Virus record (IMG/VR): IMGVR_UViG_3300045116_000678
Span: 18,903 to 82,902 of that record
Reading direction: 5' to 3' (one strand)
Length of the DNA stretch: 64,000 nt
DNA from: a virus
Below the pieces are notes generated by a model, which saw only the letters and a list, made by a program, of their open reading frames with translations, ran no database searches and was not told the DNA's origin. The position numbers were made by a program, and so were the translations under genes. Below, in pieces: positions 35,651 through 45,696 of the stretch (positions are counted from its first letter, which is position 1; each line of letters begins with the position of its first letter).

Positions 35651-35857
35651 ATGCACAACACCCCTGGGCAGCACGCCCACATTCACACAACCTTCCGGCC
35701 GGCGCTGACATCGATCGCCGACCGCGCCGCAATCGTCCCCTTCCCACTCGTCGCAGCGAACGACGAACTGCCGGTCGGCCCTGCGCCCACGGCTGAAGCC
35801 CTGGAGCGCGCGCGCAACCAAGGCATCCTCCGCGAGCAACTTCGGGGCGGCGTGTGA
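35651..35857 (+). CDS. Small early protein
   Basis: GAGGAG RBS; first ORF after pL. Confidence 0.55.
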   Translation: MHNTPGQHAHIHTTFRPALTSIADRAAIVPFPLVAANDELPVGPAPTAEALERARNQGILREQLRGGV

Positions 35858-36297
35858 GCAGGTCGCCAAACGAGGCGCCTCCAGTCCAGGGCGCGTTGCC
35901 CAAAGGCCTGGTCGAGTGGCTATCCAGCGGCGAGCGTGGCGTCAGCAGCAACACCATCGTCCAACACCTGACAGGCATACCTGCGTGCGGCTCCGACAAC
36001 CACGTCGGAGCGCCGCAGGATCCTGCCGACCTAGACCGCTGCCTGGCGCTGCTTGAAGCGGTGCCATTGCTTCGCGCATTCTTTGCGCACATGCGGACCT
36101 GCTCTCCCGAGTGGGCCGCGCTTGTCCCAATCTGGGATCGGCTTGAAGCCAGCCATCTGGCGGAGGCGGGGCTTGGCTGGAAAAAGGCGCGCAGCGCTCC
36201 GAAGACCTATGCGCTCATGCGGTCGGTCTTGGATCCAATCGCCCGAGAGTCGGAACTCAGGTATTGGGCATCTCGCTCAGGGCCGGGAGCCGCCTGA
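35854..36297 (+). CDS. Conserved-looking phage protein
   Basis: GERGVSS..PQDPADLDRC..LL. Confidence 0.6.
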   Translation: MSRSPNEAPPVQGALPKGLVEWLSSGERGVSSNTIVQHLTGIPACGSDNHVGAPQDPADLDRCLALLEAVPLLRAFFAHMRTCSPEWAALVPIWDRLEASHLAEAGLGWKKARSAPKTYALMRSVLDPIARESELRYWASRSGPGAA

Positions 36298-36717
36298 TGC
36301 ACGCCCACAACCTGGACTTCCAACACGGCGTCGAGTGCACCGAGCGGGAGATGTCGGAGGAGGAAGCGCTGATCTTCTGCACCGCGCCTCCCAAGAACGA
36401 CGTGCCCCACGTGCGCGGCGAGAAGGTCGTGAAGCTGACCGCGCCGCCGCCCTCGGAATGGAGGGTTCTGCAGTGATCGCCACTCGCCTGACCGCAACAC
36501 CTGTGTTCGTCGGCACGGTTGACGCCACGCGCGACAGCCGCCGGCCCACACCGCGCAGCCTGGAGCAGGGCTAGGGCATGCAGCGCAGCAGCACGGCACG
36601 CATCGAGCCCATCGGTGCCGCCCAGCCCATGTCCATCGCCGAGAAGGCCGTGCTCGTCGCTTCGGCTCTCGGCGGCCTCTTCGTCCTCTTCCTGATCGCC
36701 CTTGAAAGGTTAGCCCA

Positions 36718-37014
36718 ATGACCGTTCGCCTCGCCTCCAGCAACTCGCGGCCCGTGCGTCGCGTCCGCGCCGGCACCGTGCCCGAAGACACCGCCTACCA
36801 CGAGCCTCCGGACCTCGGTGCCAGCGCCAGCACGCGCCGCGCCCTTGGCGGCTTCACCTTCGCCCCGGCCGCCAAAGATGAAGACACGGGGCACGGCGCC
36901 AGCCTGCTCGAGGACATCGCCATGACGGGCGGCGTGCTGGTCGTGATCGTCCTCGCGTCCATCGTCGTCTACGTCGCTCCCGACCTCATCGCATTCTTGG
37001 GAAATCTCAAGTGA
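36718..37014 (+). CDS. Small membrane protein
   Basis: C-terminal hydrophobic helix. Confidence 0.5.
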   Translation: MTVRLASSNSRPVRRVRAGTVPEDTAYHEPPDLGASASTRRALGGFTFAPAAKDEDTGHGASLLEDIAMTGGVLVVIVLASIVVYVAPDLIAFLGNLK

Positions 37015-37829
37015 CCGCAGCGCTCGCCAAAGCCGAGCCGGCCGTCCTTGCCGCGGAAGCGCCGGTCGTATTGCCGCCGCGCAATGAGATTGCGACGGTC
37101 CTCTACGCCATCACGGCGGCGGCCAACGACCCGAATGTCGACATCGACAAGATGGAGCGCCTGCTCGGCATGCACGAGCGCATGCATGCGCGTGCCAATG
37201 AGCAGAAGTTCAACGCGGCGATGACCAAGGCACAGGCCGCGATGGCTCCAATCTCGGCCGACGCGGTCAATCCGCAGACCCGCAGCACCTATGCCAGCTA
37301 CGCGCAACTGGACCGCGCGCTGCGCCCCATCTACACAAAGAACGGCTTCGCGCTGAGCTTCGACACCGAAGACAGCCCGAAAGAGAACCACATCCGTGTG
37401 CTGTGCTATGTGTCGCACGCCGCCGGCCACGTGCGCACCTACAAGTGCGACATGCCGGCCGACGGCAAGGGCGCCAAGGGCGGCGACGTCATGACGAAGA
37501 CCCACGCCCAGGGCTCCGCGATGACCTACTCCCAACGCTACCTGTTGAAGCTGATCTTCAACGTGGCGATCGGCGAGCAGGACGACGACGGCAACGGTGC
37601 CAGCCCACCGCCCGGCGCCGATGGCATTCGGGAGGTGAGCGATGCCGACCGGCTCGCCGACTCCCTGTTCCAACGTCTGCAGGCGGCGAAGACCGACGGC
37701 GAAGCCGCTGCACTCTGGGCCGAAGGTGCAAAGGCGCTGGCAGCAACAAAGCGCCGAGATCTCTACGACGAGTTCAAAGGGAATGTCGTTGCCCACCGTC
37801 GGAAGCTGAAGGCAGGAGTTCGTCCGTGA
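37011..37829 (+). CDS. erf: ERF-family ssDNA annealing protein
   Basis: GSAMTYSQRYLL..IFN..DDDG. Confidence 0.85.
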   Translation: MTAALAKAEPAVLAAEAPVVLPPRNEIATVLYAITAAANDPNVDIDKMERLLGMHERMHARANEQKFNAAMTKAQAAMAPISADAVNPQTRSTYASYAQLDRALRPIYTKNGFALSFDTEDSPKENHIRVLCYVSHAAGHVRTYKCDMPADGKGAKGGDVMTKTHAQGSAMTYSQRYLLKLIFNVAIGEQDDDGNGASPPPGADGIREVSDADRLADSLFQRLQAAKTDGEAAALWAEGAKALAATKRRDLYDEFKGNVVAHRRKLKAGVRP

Positions 37830-38758
37830 TCGTGCTGAACCACCCCCAAGGCAGCGAAGACTGGCTGCGTGCACGCTGCGGCGTGGCGACAGCTTCGCGG
37901 TTTTCCGACGCGCGCGAGCGTGTGGGCGGGCTCACCGACCAGCAGCGCATCTACGTTGAGGCATTGCAGCGCGGTGTGGACGAGCCTGACGCGCGCGCCA
38001 AGGCGGGCTACAAGTTGAAGCCGACGGCGGGGGCGATCACGCTGGCCCTCAACGGCGAACCGACCTCGGAGCCAGGTGCGGCCGCAATCAAGTACGCCTG
38101 GCTGATCGCGTTCGAGACCATCAGCCGCGAGCCGCTGGACGACACCTTCGTCACCTACGCCATGCGCCGCGGCCGGGACCTGGAGCCGCGCGCGCGGCAG
38201 GTCTACGAGACCCGCACTGGCGCCCTGGTCGAAGAAGTCAGCTTGATCCTGACCGACGACGAGCGCTTCGGCTACTCGTCGGACGGCTTCATTGACGACG
38301 ACGGAATGGTCGAAATCAAGTGCCCCCTGTCCTGCGAGAAGCTTGGGCAGGTCTGGGCCAGCCCAGAGACGGCGCACCTCGAGTACCTCGACCAGATCAA
38401 CGGCGGCCTGTGGATCACCGGCCGGAAGTGGTGCGACCTGGTCGTCTATTGCCCGTGGCTTGAGCCCGTCGGCAAAGACCTTTTCGTGAAGCGCATCTAC
38501 CGCAACGAGGAGGCGATCGAGGCCCTCGAGACGGACCTGGTCGGCTTCCTCAAGCTGGTCGACAGCTACCTCGCGATCCTGCGCACGCCCGCCAAGATGT
38601 CCGGCGCCCCGAGGGATGCCGCGCCCACTCAGCATGCGACCGCCGCCGAGCCCGCACCCTGGGAAGACAGCGGCACGCCCGCGCGCGCACTCCCACTGTT
38701 CGCCGATGCCGCGCCCGCTGCGCGGTCCGGCAATGCCGTTATCGACAACCCGTTCTGA
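37826..38758 (+). CDS. YqaJ/lambda-exonuclease family
   Basis: QGSEDWLRARCG.ATAS; SSDG; EIKCP; Y..Q. Confidence 0.88.
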   Translation: MIVLNHPQGSEDWLRARCGVATASRFSDARERVGGLTDQQRIYVEALQRGVDEPDARAKAGYKLKPTAGAITLALNGEPTSEPGAAAIKYAWLIAFETISREPLDDTFVTYAMRRGRDLEPRARQVYETRTGALVEEVSLILTDDERFGYSSDGFIDDDGMVEIKCPLSCEKLGQVWASPETAHLEYLDQINGGLWITGRKWCDLVVYCPWLEPVGKDLFVKRIYRNEEAIEALETDLVGFLKLVDSYLAILRTPAKMSGAPRDAAPTQHATAAEPAPWEDSGTPARALPLFADAAPAARSGNAVIDNPF

Positions 38759-38766
38759 GAGGTCCC

Positions 38767-39870
38767 ATGTCCGAACTGTCCACCACCACCATCGGCGGCG
38801 AAGTAGCCGCCAAGCAGACCACTATCGCCGCCGCGGCCCTTGCGCTGTTCGCTCCACTGGAGACGGAGGTCAAGACGCTGGCGGAGCGCTACCGCAATGT
38901 CGCATTCGACATGAGCACTCCCAAGGGCTTCAAGGCCGCCAAGGACGCGCGGCTGGAACTGCGCGAGTCGGGCCGCTTCGCGCTGCAGCGCCTGCGCGAC
39001 AAGACCAAGGACCAGCTGAACGACTGCAAGAAGGTCGTCGACAGCGAGGCCGCGCGGCTGATCGAGATCGTGAAGCCGGTGGAGACCGCCATCGATGCCC
39101 AGATATCAGCGCACGAGACCAAGCTGGCCGCTGAGAAGGCGGAGCGCAATCGGGTTGAGGCCGAGCGCCGACAGAAGCACCTCGATGCCATCGCCAAGAT
39201 CGAAAGCTACGTCGCGAAGGCCGAAGGTCTGCCGATCGAGCGCATCGAAGCCGGACTGGGCTACGTGCGCGACATCGACGTGAGCGCGGCCGTCTTCGAG
39301 GACTTCGCAACGCGCGCCGCGGCGCAGAAGGATGCCACCATTCGCGCGCTGGAGAAGATGATCGTAGACGCGAGAGATCGCGCTGCCGCCGAGGCCCAGC
39401 GGATCGAAAACGAGCGCCTGCGAGCCCAGATCGCCGAACTGCAGAGCAAGCAAGCGCCGCAGCCTTCTCCCGCACCTGCCCCTGCTGCCCTGCAGCAAGA
39501 ACTGGCTCCCGCACCGCAGGCAGCGGCAGCGCCCCCCGCTCCCAGCCCCGTCGGCTACTCCACCGGCCGAGTGACGCGCGAAGCCGACACAGAACCGGCG
39601 CCCGCTCCGGTCCGTCAGTTCGAGGCCGGCGCAACCGCAGCAAACGAACCGGTGGTGTCCGGCAACCCGACGCTGCGGATCGGAGACATCGCCGCGCGGC
39701 TCGGCTGGACCATGACCGCGGAGCAGCTGCGCAGCCTGGGCGTGGAGCCCGCGACCCGCGAGCGCGGCGCCACGCTGTACCACGAGCAACAGTTCGCCGA
39801 CATCTGCGACGCCGTGGCGCGCCGCGCACAACAAGCGAAGGCCGAGCACGCGCAGCGCCTGGCCGCCTGA
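38767..39870 (+). CDS. Coiled-coil hypothetical protein
   Basis: GAGG RBS; 367 aa helical. Confidence 0.65.
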   Translation: MSELSTTTIGGEVAAKQTTIAAAALALFAPLETEVKTLAERYRNVAFDMSTPKGFKAAKDARLELRESGRFALQRLRDKTKDQLNDCKKVVDSEAARLIEIVKPVETAIDAQISAHETKLAAEKAERNRVEAERRQKHLDAIAKIESYVAKAEGLPIERIEAGLGYVRDIDVSAAVFEDFATRAAAQKDATIRALEKMIVDARDRAAAEAQRIENERLRAQIAELQSKQAPQPSPAPAPAALQQELAPAPQAAAAPPAPSPVGYSTGRVTREADTEPAPAPVRQFEAGATAANEPVVSGNPTLRIGDIAARLGWTMTAEQLRSLGVEPATRERGATLYHEQQFADICDAVARRAQQAKAEHAQRLAA

Positions 39871-39891
39871 CCGTCACCCACAGGAGCCGCC

Positions 39892-40179
39892 ATGCCCCAA
39901 ACACGCACCGCACCGGCCGCCGTCAACGGTCCGAAGGAATTCAAGGTCATCCCGCTGGTCGACGTGCAGTCGAGCCAGGTAAAGGCGATCGGCTACGACG
40001 CCGGAACCAAGACCCTGGCCCTCACCTTTGCGCACGGCCCCGGGACCGTCTACCACTACCCGAACGTCGAAGCCGACCTGCACGCCGCCTTCGTCGCGGC
40101 CGAGTCGATCGGCACGTTCTTCGGCAAGCACATCAAGCCGCTGCCGTTCAAGAAGTTCGCGCCGCCCGCGGCCGACTGA
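39892..40179 (+). CDS. KTSC-domain protein
   Basis: VQSSQVKAIGYD..LTF..YHY.NV..AESIGTFF. Confidence 0.85.
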   Translation: MPQTRTAPAAVNGPKEFKVIPLVDVQSSQVKAIGYDAGTKTLALTFAHGPGTVYHYPNVEADLHAAFVAAESIGTFFGKHIKPLPFKKFAPPAAD

Positions 40180-40290
40180 CCAGTTTCGGGCGACTCGTCG
40201 GCGGGCACCTCCTCCTCCCTTCCTCCTCGCATTTCCCGCCGACCCGCGCGAGCGGCGCCCTCTTTCTTCAACTCATCGCAGCCATTCACC

Positions 40291-41196
40291 ATGCGCTTCA
40301 AGAACGCCATCAACTTCCGAATCGAGCCGACTTGGCAGGCCGACCATGGGTGCGCACTGGAAGGCCTCGCCCCAGCGGCCTTCGTGCCCTGCGGCCCCTC
40401 GCAGGAAAGTGCCGCCGGCTGGGTGCCGCCGCGCGGGCAGGAACACGGCTCCCTGCTTGAATCCGTCGACGGCCAGTGGCTGCTCGTCTACATGGTCGAG
40501 AGCAAGGCGCTGCCCGCCTCCGTCGTCCGCCGCAAGGTGGACGAGCGCGCCGCGCAGATCGAGGCCACCACCGGCCGCGCGCCAGGCAAGAAGGAGAAGA
40601 AGCAGCTCAAGGAGGACATCACGCACGAGCTGCTGCCGCTGGCCTTCACGCGCCATGCGCGCACGGCGGTGTGGATCGACCCCGACCAGCGCCGCCTGAC
40701 GCTCGACACCTCGAACATGGCGCGCGCCGATTCGGTGGTCACGGCCCTGGTGCAGGCGATCCCCGGCTTTGCCGTGGGTGCGGTGCATACCCAGGTGGAG
40801 CCGGCCAGCGCCATGGCCGGCTGGCTGGCCACACAGGATCCGCCCTCTGGCTTCACCATCGACAGGGAGTGCGAACTCAAGGCCACCGACGACTCCAAGG
40901 CCGTGGTGCGCTACGGCAAGCACCCGCTGGACATCGAAGAGGTCCGCCAGCACATCGCCAGCGGGAAGCGGCCCACGCGCTTGGCCATGACCTGGGAGGA
41001 CCGCGTGTCCTTCGAACTGACCGAAGGCGGGCAACTGCGCAAGCTGGCCTTCCTCGAAGGCGTATTCGACGGCGGCGAATCGAAGGGCGGCAAGGGCAGC
41101 GACGAGAACTTCGACACCGACGCCGCCATCGTCACCGGCGAGCTGGGACAGCTGCTGCCCGCCCTGATCGACGCCCTCGGTGGGGAGACGTCGTGA
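40291..41196 (+). CDS. rdgC: Recombination-associated protein RdgC
   Basis: FKNAINFR..GWVPP..LLPLAF..SFELT..ALGG. Confidence 0.92.
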   Translation: MRFKNAINFRIEPTWQADHGCALEGLAPAAFVPCGPSQESAAGWVPPRGQEHGSLLESVDGQWLLVYMVESKALPASVVRRKVDERAAQIEATTGRAPGKKEKKQLKEDITHELLPLAFTRHARTAVWIDPDQRRLTLDTSNMARADSVVTALVQAIPGFAVGAVHTQVEPASAMAGWLATQDPPSGFTIDRECELKATDDSKAVVRYGKHPLDIEEVRQHIASGKRPTRLAMTWEDRVSFELTEGGQLRKLAFLEGVFDGGESKGGKGSDENFDTDAAIVTGELGQLLPALIDALGGETS

Positions 41197-41837
41197 TGTG
41201 GGAAACAAAACTCTCGATGCTCAAGCGCGGCATCGACCTGATGGAGCGCTTCTGCGCGGCCAATGACCTCCAGGTGCCGCCCGTCGTGGCAACCGATCGG
41301 CGGGCCTGGAACTTCGACGCCTGCGCCTACTACCGGCCGATCGAGATCCACATCTGTCCCTATAGGTGCGCGGCGATCGGCTACGCCGGCATGCAGTGGT
41401 CGTTTCCAGGCCATTCCGTCGACCGCACACCCTATGGCGTGATCGCCCACGAGCTCGGCCACCATGCCGATTGGGTCAGGAGCGACCAGAAGGGCCGCTA
41501 CTTCGGCGATTTCAGCATTGCCATGCGCAAGCGCTGTGCGGAAGCGCCGCTGACGTCCTACTGCCCAAACGACGCAGAGTGGTTCGCGGAGATGTTCCGG
41601 CTGTTCGTCACGAACCCGGATCTGCTGTCGCATCTGCGGCCGCGCACCCACGCAGATCTGTTGGAACACTTCAAGCCAGTCTTCGAAGACGCCTGGAGCC
41701 AGCGACTGCACGGCGCACCTGATCGGACCATCCTGGCCATCCGCCGCAAGCTGGATCCGAAGCGGCCAGTGCGCAAGGCTCACGAGCCGTCAGACCGCAA
41801 CTACCGCGACAGCGGATTGGAAAGAGCGGCAGCGTGA
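41196..41837 (+). CDS. HExxH zinc metallopeptidase-like protein
   Basis: AHELGHH ... SY..NDAEWFAEMF. Confidence 0.7.
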   Translation: MWETKLSMLKRGIDLMERFCAANDLQVPPVVATDRRAWNFDACAYYRPIEIHICPYRCAAIGYAGMQWSFPGHSVDRTPYGVIAHELGHHADWVRSDQKGRYFGDFSIAMRKRCAEAPLTSYCPNDAEWFAEMFRLFVTNPDLLSHLRPRTHADLLEHFKPVFEDAWSQRLHGAPDRTILAIRRKLDPKRPVRKAHEPSDRNYRDSGLERAAA

Positions 41838-41839
41838 CG

Positions 41840-42196
41840 CTACTTTTTCCAGACCAGCGGCACGATCACGGCTGCGGCAGCTGCGAGTGCGCTGACAGCG
41901 GCGGCGATGGCCGCAACCATTCCCCAGCGGGCAGACCGCTCAGCGGCTGCCGTCGAGCGTTGCTGCGCAGTGCGGGCGATCTCCGCGGCCGCCTCGGATT
42001 GAGCATGGTCATGGCGAGCCAGCCACAGCTCGGCAGCCGTCCCAGCTTCCCCGACGAAATGGCCGTCGTTGAGGGCCGTGCGGATTTCGAACGCATCATG
42101 CTCAGCCGCGAAGGCGTCGAAGTCAGCGGCGGTGTAAGCGCTGAATCCCCCGGGGACCACGTGCATGTGGCCATTTCTGTCGCGATAGGTCGCCAT
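41840..42196 (-). CDS. C-terminal TM protein (paralogue A)
   Basis: AAAERSARW followed by hydrophobic helix. Confidence 0.6.
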   Translation of the reverse strand: MATYRDRNGHMHVVPGGFSAYTAADFDAFAAEHDAFEIRTALNDGHFVGEAGTAAELWLARHDHAQSEAAAEIARTAQQRSTAAAERSARWGMVAAIAAAVSALAAAAAVIVPLVWKK

Positions 42197-42199
42197 CTT

Positions 42200-42445
42200 T
42201 CAATCCGTATCGAGGTCGAATTCCATCTGGGTCTGCCGGATGACGCGCGCCACGTCGAGCCGGTAATGCGCGCGCTGTGCACCCACAGGCACATACCAGT
42301 TCGGCTCGCCCGGGCCAGCGTCGGCCCAGCGCACGCCGTTGGTGTGGACGTCCGTGACTTGGCCAGCCATGCCGTGCAGCGCCTCGATGCGCTCGATCAG
42401 GATCTCGCGCAGTTGACGCGCGGTGCGGGTGGGCTTGAAGGGCAT
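42200..42445 (-). CDS. Small hypothetical protein
   Basis: KPTRTARQL..PNW; between two paralogues. Confidence 0.55.
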   Translation of the reverse strand: MPFKPTRTARQLREILIERIEALHGMAGQVTDVHTNGVRWADAGPGEPNWYVPVGAQRAHYRLDVARVIRQTQMEFDLDTD

Positions 42446-42448
42446 GCG

Positions 42449-42829
42449 TCAGCCCACCCACTCTTTGATAAACGGCCAGCCTGCTACCAGCAGTGCAGCC
42501 ATCGATACCGCGATCGCCCACCCTGCCCAGCGGGCAGACCTGTCGGCGGCGTCGGCTGCCCGCTCTGCCGCGGCAGTCGCGCGCTCCTCCCTGTCAACCC
42601 TCGCGCCTTCAGAAAAACGGTAAGCCGCCGCCCTGGCGCGCTCGACGTAGATCTCGACAGAGGTCCTTTTTTTTCCAACGAAGTACCCGCGGGCAAGGCG
42701 CTCTTCGAGTTCGTCAACCGGGTCGTCTTCGCCAGCGAAGGCAAGGTCTTTGTTGGCAGCGTGCTCCCGGTGCAGGGAGGCCCAGCGGTCGATGTCTCTG
42801 TGGTCGAGCCAGTTCGCTTCGTCAGCCAT
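42449..42829 (-). CDS. C-terminal TM protein (paralogue B)
   Basis: GAGGAG RBS; AADRSARW followed by hydrophobic helix. Confidence 0.6.
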   Translation of the reverse strand: MADEANWLDHRDIDRWASLHREHAANKDLAFAGEDDPVDELEERLARGYFVGKKRTSVEIYVERARAAAYRFSEGARVDREERATAAAERAADAADRSARWAGWAIAVSMAALLVAGWPFIKEWVG

Positions 42830-42855
42830 CTTCGTCTCCTCGTAGCTGTTCCAGC

Positions 42856-43629
42856 ATGATGCCACCACTCGAAATCAGCACAAACCCGTGCCCCGTGCAT
42901 GAGGTATCGCCTGCCGGTGATGAAGTGCAGCCATCGCCCAAGGGCGATGCGCGCGAGCGCCCGATACTCTTCTCCGCGCCCATGGTGCGCGCCCTGCTGG
43001 CCGGCACGAAGACGCAGACGCGGCGGGTTGTCAAGCTCCCTCACAACAACCGTCTGGGCCAGTGGGAGGTGTTGCCATGGGGCGGGCCGAATGGTGGCCG
43101 AACGCGCGGCGGCGAAATGGTGCCCTTCCAAAACGTGATCGGGCACAGCCGCACCGGCGACATTGTCGGCTGCCCCTACGGCCAGCCCGGCGACCGGCTG
43201 TGGGTACGCGAGACGTTCTTTGCGTGGGGCCGCTGGGAATCCCGCTTCAGCTCAAAGAAGAACCGCGACGAGTGGCACTTCGTGGACGAGACCCTCGTCA
43301 GCGGGCACGCCTACCGCTACGCCGCCGACGGCCTCTGGCCAATAGCCGCCCGGCCTCGCCTGGCCGGAGCGAAGCCAAGCTGGTGGCAGCGCCCGGCGAT
43401 CTACATGCCGCGGGTGGCCAGCCGGATCGCGCTGGAGGTCAGCGGCGTGCGCGTCGAGCGGCTGCAGGACATCAGCGAGAAGGACGCGCTGGCTGAGGGC
43501 ATCGAGCATTTCGTGCCTGATGACCCCCGCAAAGAGTATCGGCTGCTCTGGGAAGACATCAATGGCGCCGGCAGCTGGGGCGCCAATCCCTGCGTGTGGG
43601 TAGTCGAGTTCCGGAGGATCGCACCGTGA
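42856..43629 (+). CDS. ASCH/PUA-like phage protein (start uncertain)
   Basis: RPILFSAPMVRALLAGTKTQTRR; GDRLWVRETF; ERLQDISE; NP.VWV.EF. Confidence 0.75.
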   Translation: MMPPLEISTNPCPVHEVSPAGDEVQPSPKGDARERPILFSAPMVRALLAGTKTQTRRVVKLPHNNRLGQWEVLPWGGPNGGRTRGGEMVPFQNVIGHSRTGDIVGCPYGQPGDRLWVRETFFAWGRWESRFSSKKNRDEWHFVDETLVSGHAYRYAADGLWPIAARPRLAGAKPSWWQRPAIYMPRVASRIALEVSGVRVERLQDISEKDALAEGIEHFVPDDPRKEYRLLWEDINGAGSWGANPCVWVVEFRRIAP

Positions 43630-43898
43630 GCGGCCTGTTCCTCACCGATGAAGAGGTCGACGACATGTGCGCCGGCCTGAGCACCAACGCTGTGAAGGTG
43701 CGCCGCCTGCGCGCCCTTGGCCTGGTGGTCAACGTGAAACCCAACGGGCGGCCCCTGATCGTGCGTTCGCACGCCGAGGCTGTCATGAGCGGCCGGCCCA
43801 AGATGGAAGCCGCCGCCCAGCCGCAGGAGGCCGAGCCGGCACCGGCCGCCAACACCGCCGGCATCGTGGCCCTCTTTGGCCGCAGGAAGGCTGCCTAA
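43626..43898 (+). CDS. Excisionase-like (DUF4224) protein
   Basis: FLTDEEV..L..G..NGRPLI; directly before integrase. Confidence 0.7.
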   Translation: MSGLFLTDEEVDDMCAGLSTNAVKVRRLRALGLVVNVKPNGRPLIVRSHAEAVMSGRPKMEAAAQPQEAEPAPAANTAGIVALFGRRKAA

Positions 43899-43899
43899 G

Positions 43900-45015
43900 A
43901 TGTGCTCCATGGGGCGACGCCGAAAGTTCGATGACGGACTCGAGCCGCGGGTCTACCTGAACCACGGCGCCTACTACTACGTCCACCAGAACGGCAAGTG
44001 GGAGCGGCTGGGCACCGACAAGGACGAGGCCAACCGCAAGGCCCGGATCCACAACGACCCGGGCAGCCTGTACGGCACGATGGTCTACTGGCTCGACCAG
44101 TTCCTGCTGCACTGCGAGGAGCGCGTGCGGCGCAAGACCATGAGCCAGCGCACGCTGGACGATTACCGGGACGCCATCCTGCCGCCGACCGAGACGCGGG
44201 CCAGGGGCGCCCTGCGGGTCTACTTCCCGCCGCCGCTGGCGCCGCAGCAGGTCACCCCCGCCATGGTGCAGAACTTCCTGGCCACCATGGCCGAGCTGGG
44301 CCGCCCCACCCCTGCCAACCGCGAGCGCGCCTGCCTTTCCGCGTGCTTCGGCTGGCTGCTGCGCACGGGCAAAGTGCCAGGGCTGGCCAGCAATCCGTGC
44401 CTGCGCTCGGCGGGCGTGCAGCGCAACGCCGAGAAGCGGCGCGCGCGCTACGTCACGCACGACGAGTTCCGCGAGGTATACGCCGTCGCCGGCGCCAGCG
44501 AGCGCCTGATGATGGAGCTGACGTACCGCACTCTGCAGCGCCCGGAAAGCGACATCGTTCTGTGGACATCGGCCAACCTGGTGATGGAGGCTGGCCGGCG
44601 CGTGCTGGTGCACGTCCAGAACAAGACCGGCACCGAGATCCGCATCGCCCTGCCCGACAGCGTCAACGCGCTGCTGGACCGCGCCCTGGGCACCGAGGCC
44701 AACGTCGTGCGGCTGCGGCAGCCGCTGGTGCAGCGCCTGGACGGCGAGAACTACACGTACGACGGCCTCAGCTCGATGCTGCGCCGGTCGATCGCCGTGG
44801 CCAACGAGCGGCGCCTGGCGCGCAAGCTCCCGCCCATGGCGTCCTTCGGCTTCCGCGACCTGAAGGGCAAGGGGGCCACCGACATGTGGCTGGCGGGCGT
44901 GCCGATCGAGCGCATCCAGCTGCTCTGCGGCCACAAGTCGAAGACCACCACCGAGGTCTACATCAAGCAGCGCTGGCGCGAGACGGCCCAGCCCAACATG
45001 GTCGAAGTCGGGTAG
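43900..45015 (+). CDS. int: Tyrosine integrase
   Basis: QRPESD, QNKTG, FRDLKGK, LCGH..TTEVY; adjacent to att. Confidence 0.9.
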   Translation: MCSMGRRRKFDDGLEPRVYLNHGAYYYVHQNGKWERLGTDKDEANRKARIHNDPGSLYGTMVYWLDQFLLHCEERVRRKTMSQRTLDDYRDAILPPTETRARGALRVYFPPPLAPQQVTPAMVQNFLATMAELGRPTPANRERACLSACFGWLLRTGKVPGLASNPCLRSAGVQRNAEKRRARYVTHDEFREVYAVAGASERLMMELTYRTLQRPESDIVLWTSANLVMEAGRRVLVHVQNKTGTEIRIALPDSVNALLDRALGTEANVVRLRQPLVQRLDGENYTYDGLSSMLRRSIAVANERRLARKLPPMASFGFRDLKGKGATDMWLAGVPIERIQLLCGHKSKTTTEVYIKQRWRETAQPNMVEVG

Positions 45016-45159
45016 CCTGCGCTGCCAAATATCCAGTGGTTTCGCACCCGGAATTGCACAAAAAATGTGCAGAAATGGGCCTCCGATCTGCTTCCAGTAT
45101 TTGGCAGTGACCGGCCCGATCTCCAGCATCCATGCGGGCTGCGGGCCCGAAACAACCGG

Positions 45160-45207
45160 GGACTGTTAATCCGTAGGTCCCTGGTTCGAGCCCAGGTCGG
45201 GGAGCCA
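45160..45207 (+). repeat. att site: 3' half of tRNA-Asn(GTT)
   Basis: GGACTGTTAATCCGTAGGTCCCTGGTTCGAGCCCAGGTCGGGGAGCCA with no 5' half upstream. Confidence 0.85.
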
Positions 45208-45229
45208 AATGAAAGGCCGCATGGCCATT

Positions 45230-45273
45230 AGCCCCGCTGCTACAGTTTCTGTAGCGCGGGGCTTCTTCTTTTC
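45230..45273 (+). terminator. Terminator downstream of tRNA 3' end
   Basis: AGCCCCGC-TGCTACAG-TTT-CTGTAGC-GCGGGGCT-TCTTCTTTT. Confidence 0.6.
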
Positions 45274-45696
45274 TGCGACGATTTCGCCGATGTAATGGCG
45301 GATGTAAGGCGATTTTTGGGTCGGGGCAGAACTGAGGACGGGGAGAAAGCGCAGGTGCCATCCTTCAGCCAGGTCAACGCCTGCTCGTCGACTAGCCTTT
45401 ACCGGGCCCGGTGCGACGGCGGGGACGTGGAGCGAATCAGGAGTCTTTGCAGCGGCTGACCCGACGTGCGCGAGAACGTGCAGTGGACTCCCAAGCACGA
45501 CTACAAGCTGAAGTCGTCACTCGACGCGAAGGAGTGCCGGAGGCGCGCGAAAGCGACTTCGCCTCCCACAATGTGGACTGATGACTGGCAAAGCATCCAG
45601 CATTTCCAACCAATCCCGCACACAACTGAACTTTCTTGCAACGTTAGTGCACTTACTGCTAGCAAGGAAAACTTGCAAGCTGCAGAATCCGCGCCT

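Larger units (their letters stand above)
1..45207. mobile_element. Temperate podovirus-type prophage integrated at tRNA-Asn; left end outside window
   Basis: Ordered head/tail, packaging, early, immunity, recombination and xis/int modules ending at a tRNA 3'-end duplication. Confidence 0.93.

Noticed and set aside
42947-42960. CG-dinucleotide slip breaking an ATG-CGC-GAG start
   Set aside because: An in-frame upstream ATG exists at 42856 and the alternative has no well-spaced SD; undecidable here
44850-44875. Integrase RDLK instead of HxxR as a sign of inactivation
   Set aside because: Other catalytic residues intact; variation at this motif is tolerated in tyrosine recombinases
45160-45207. 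Intact tRNA-Asn gene
   Set aside because: 5' acceptor strand and D-arm are absent; att duplication only
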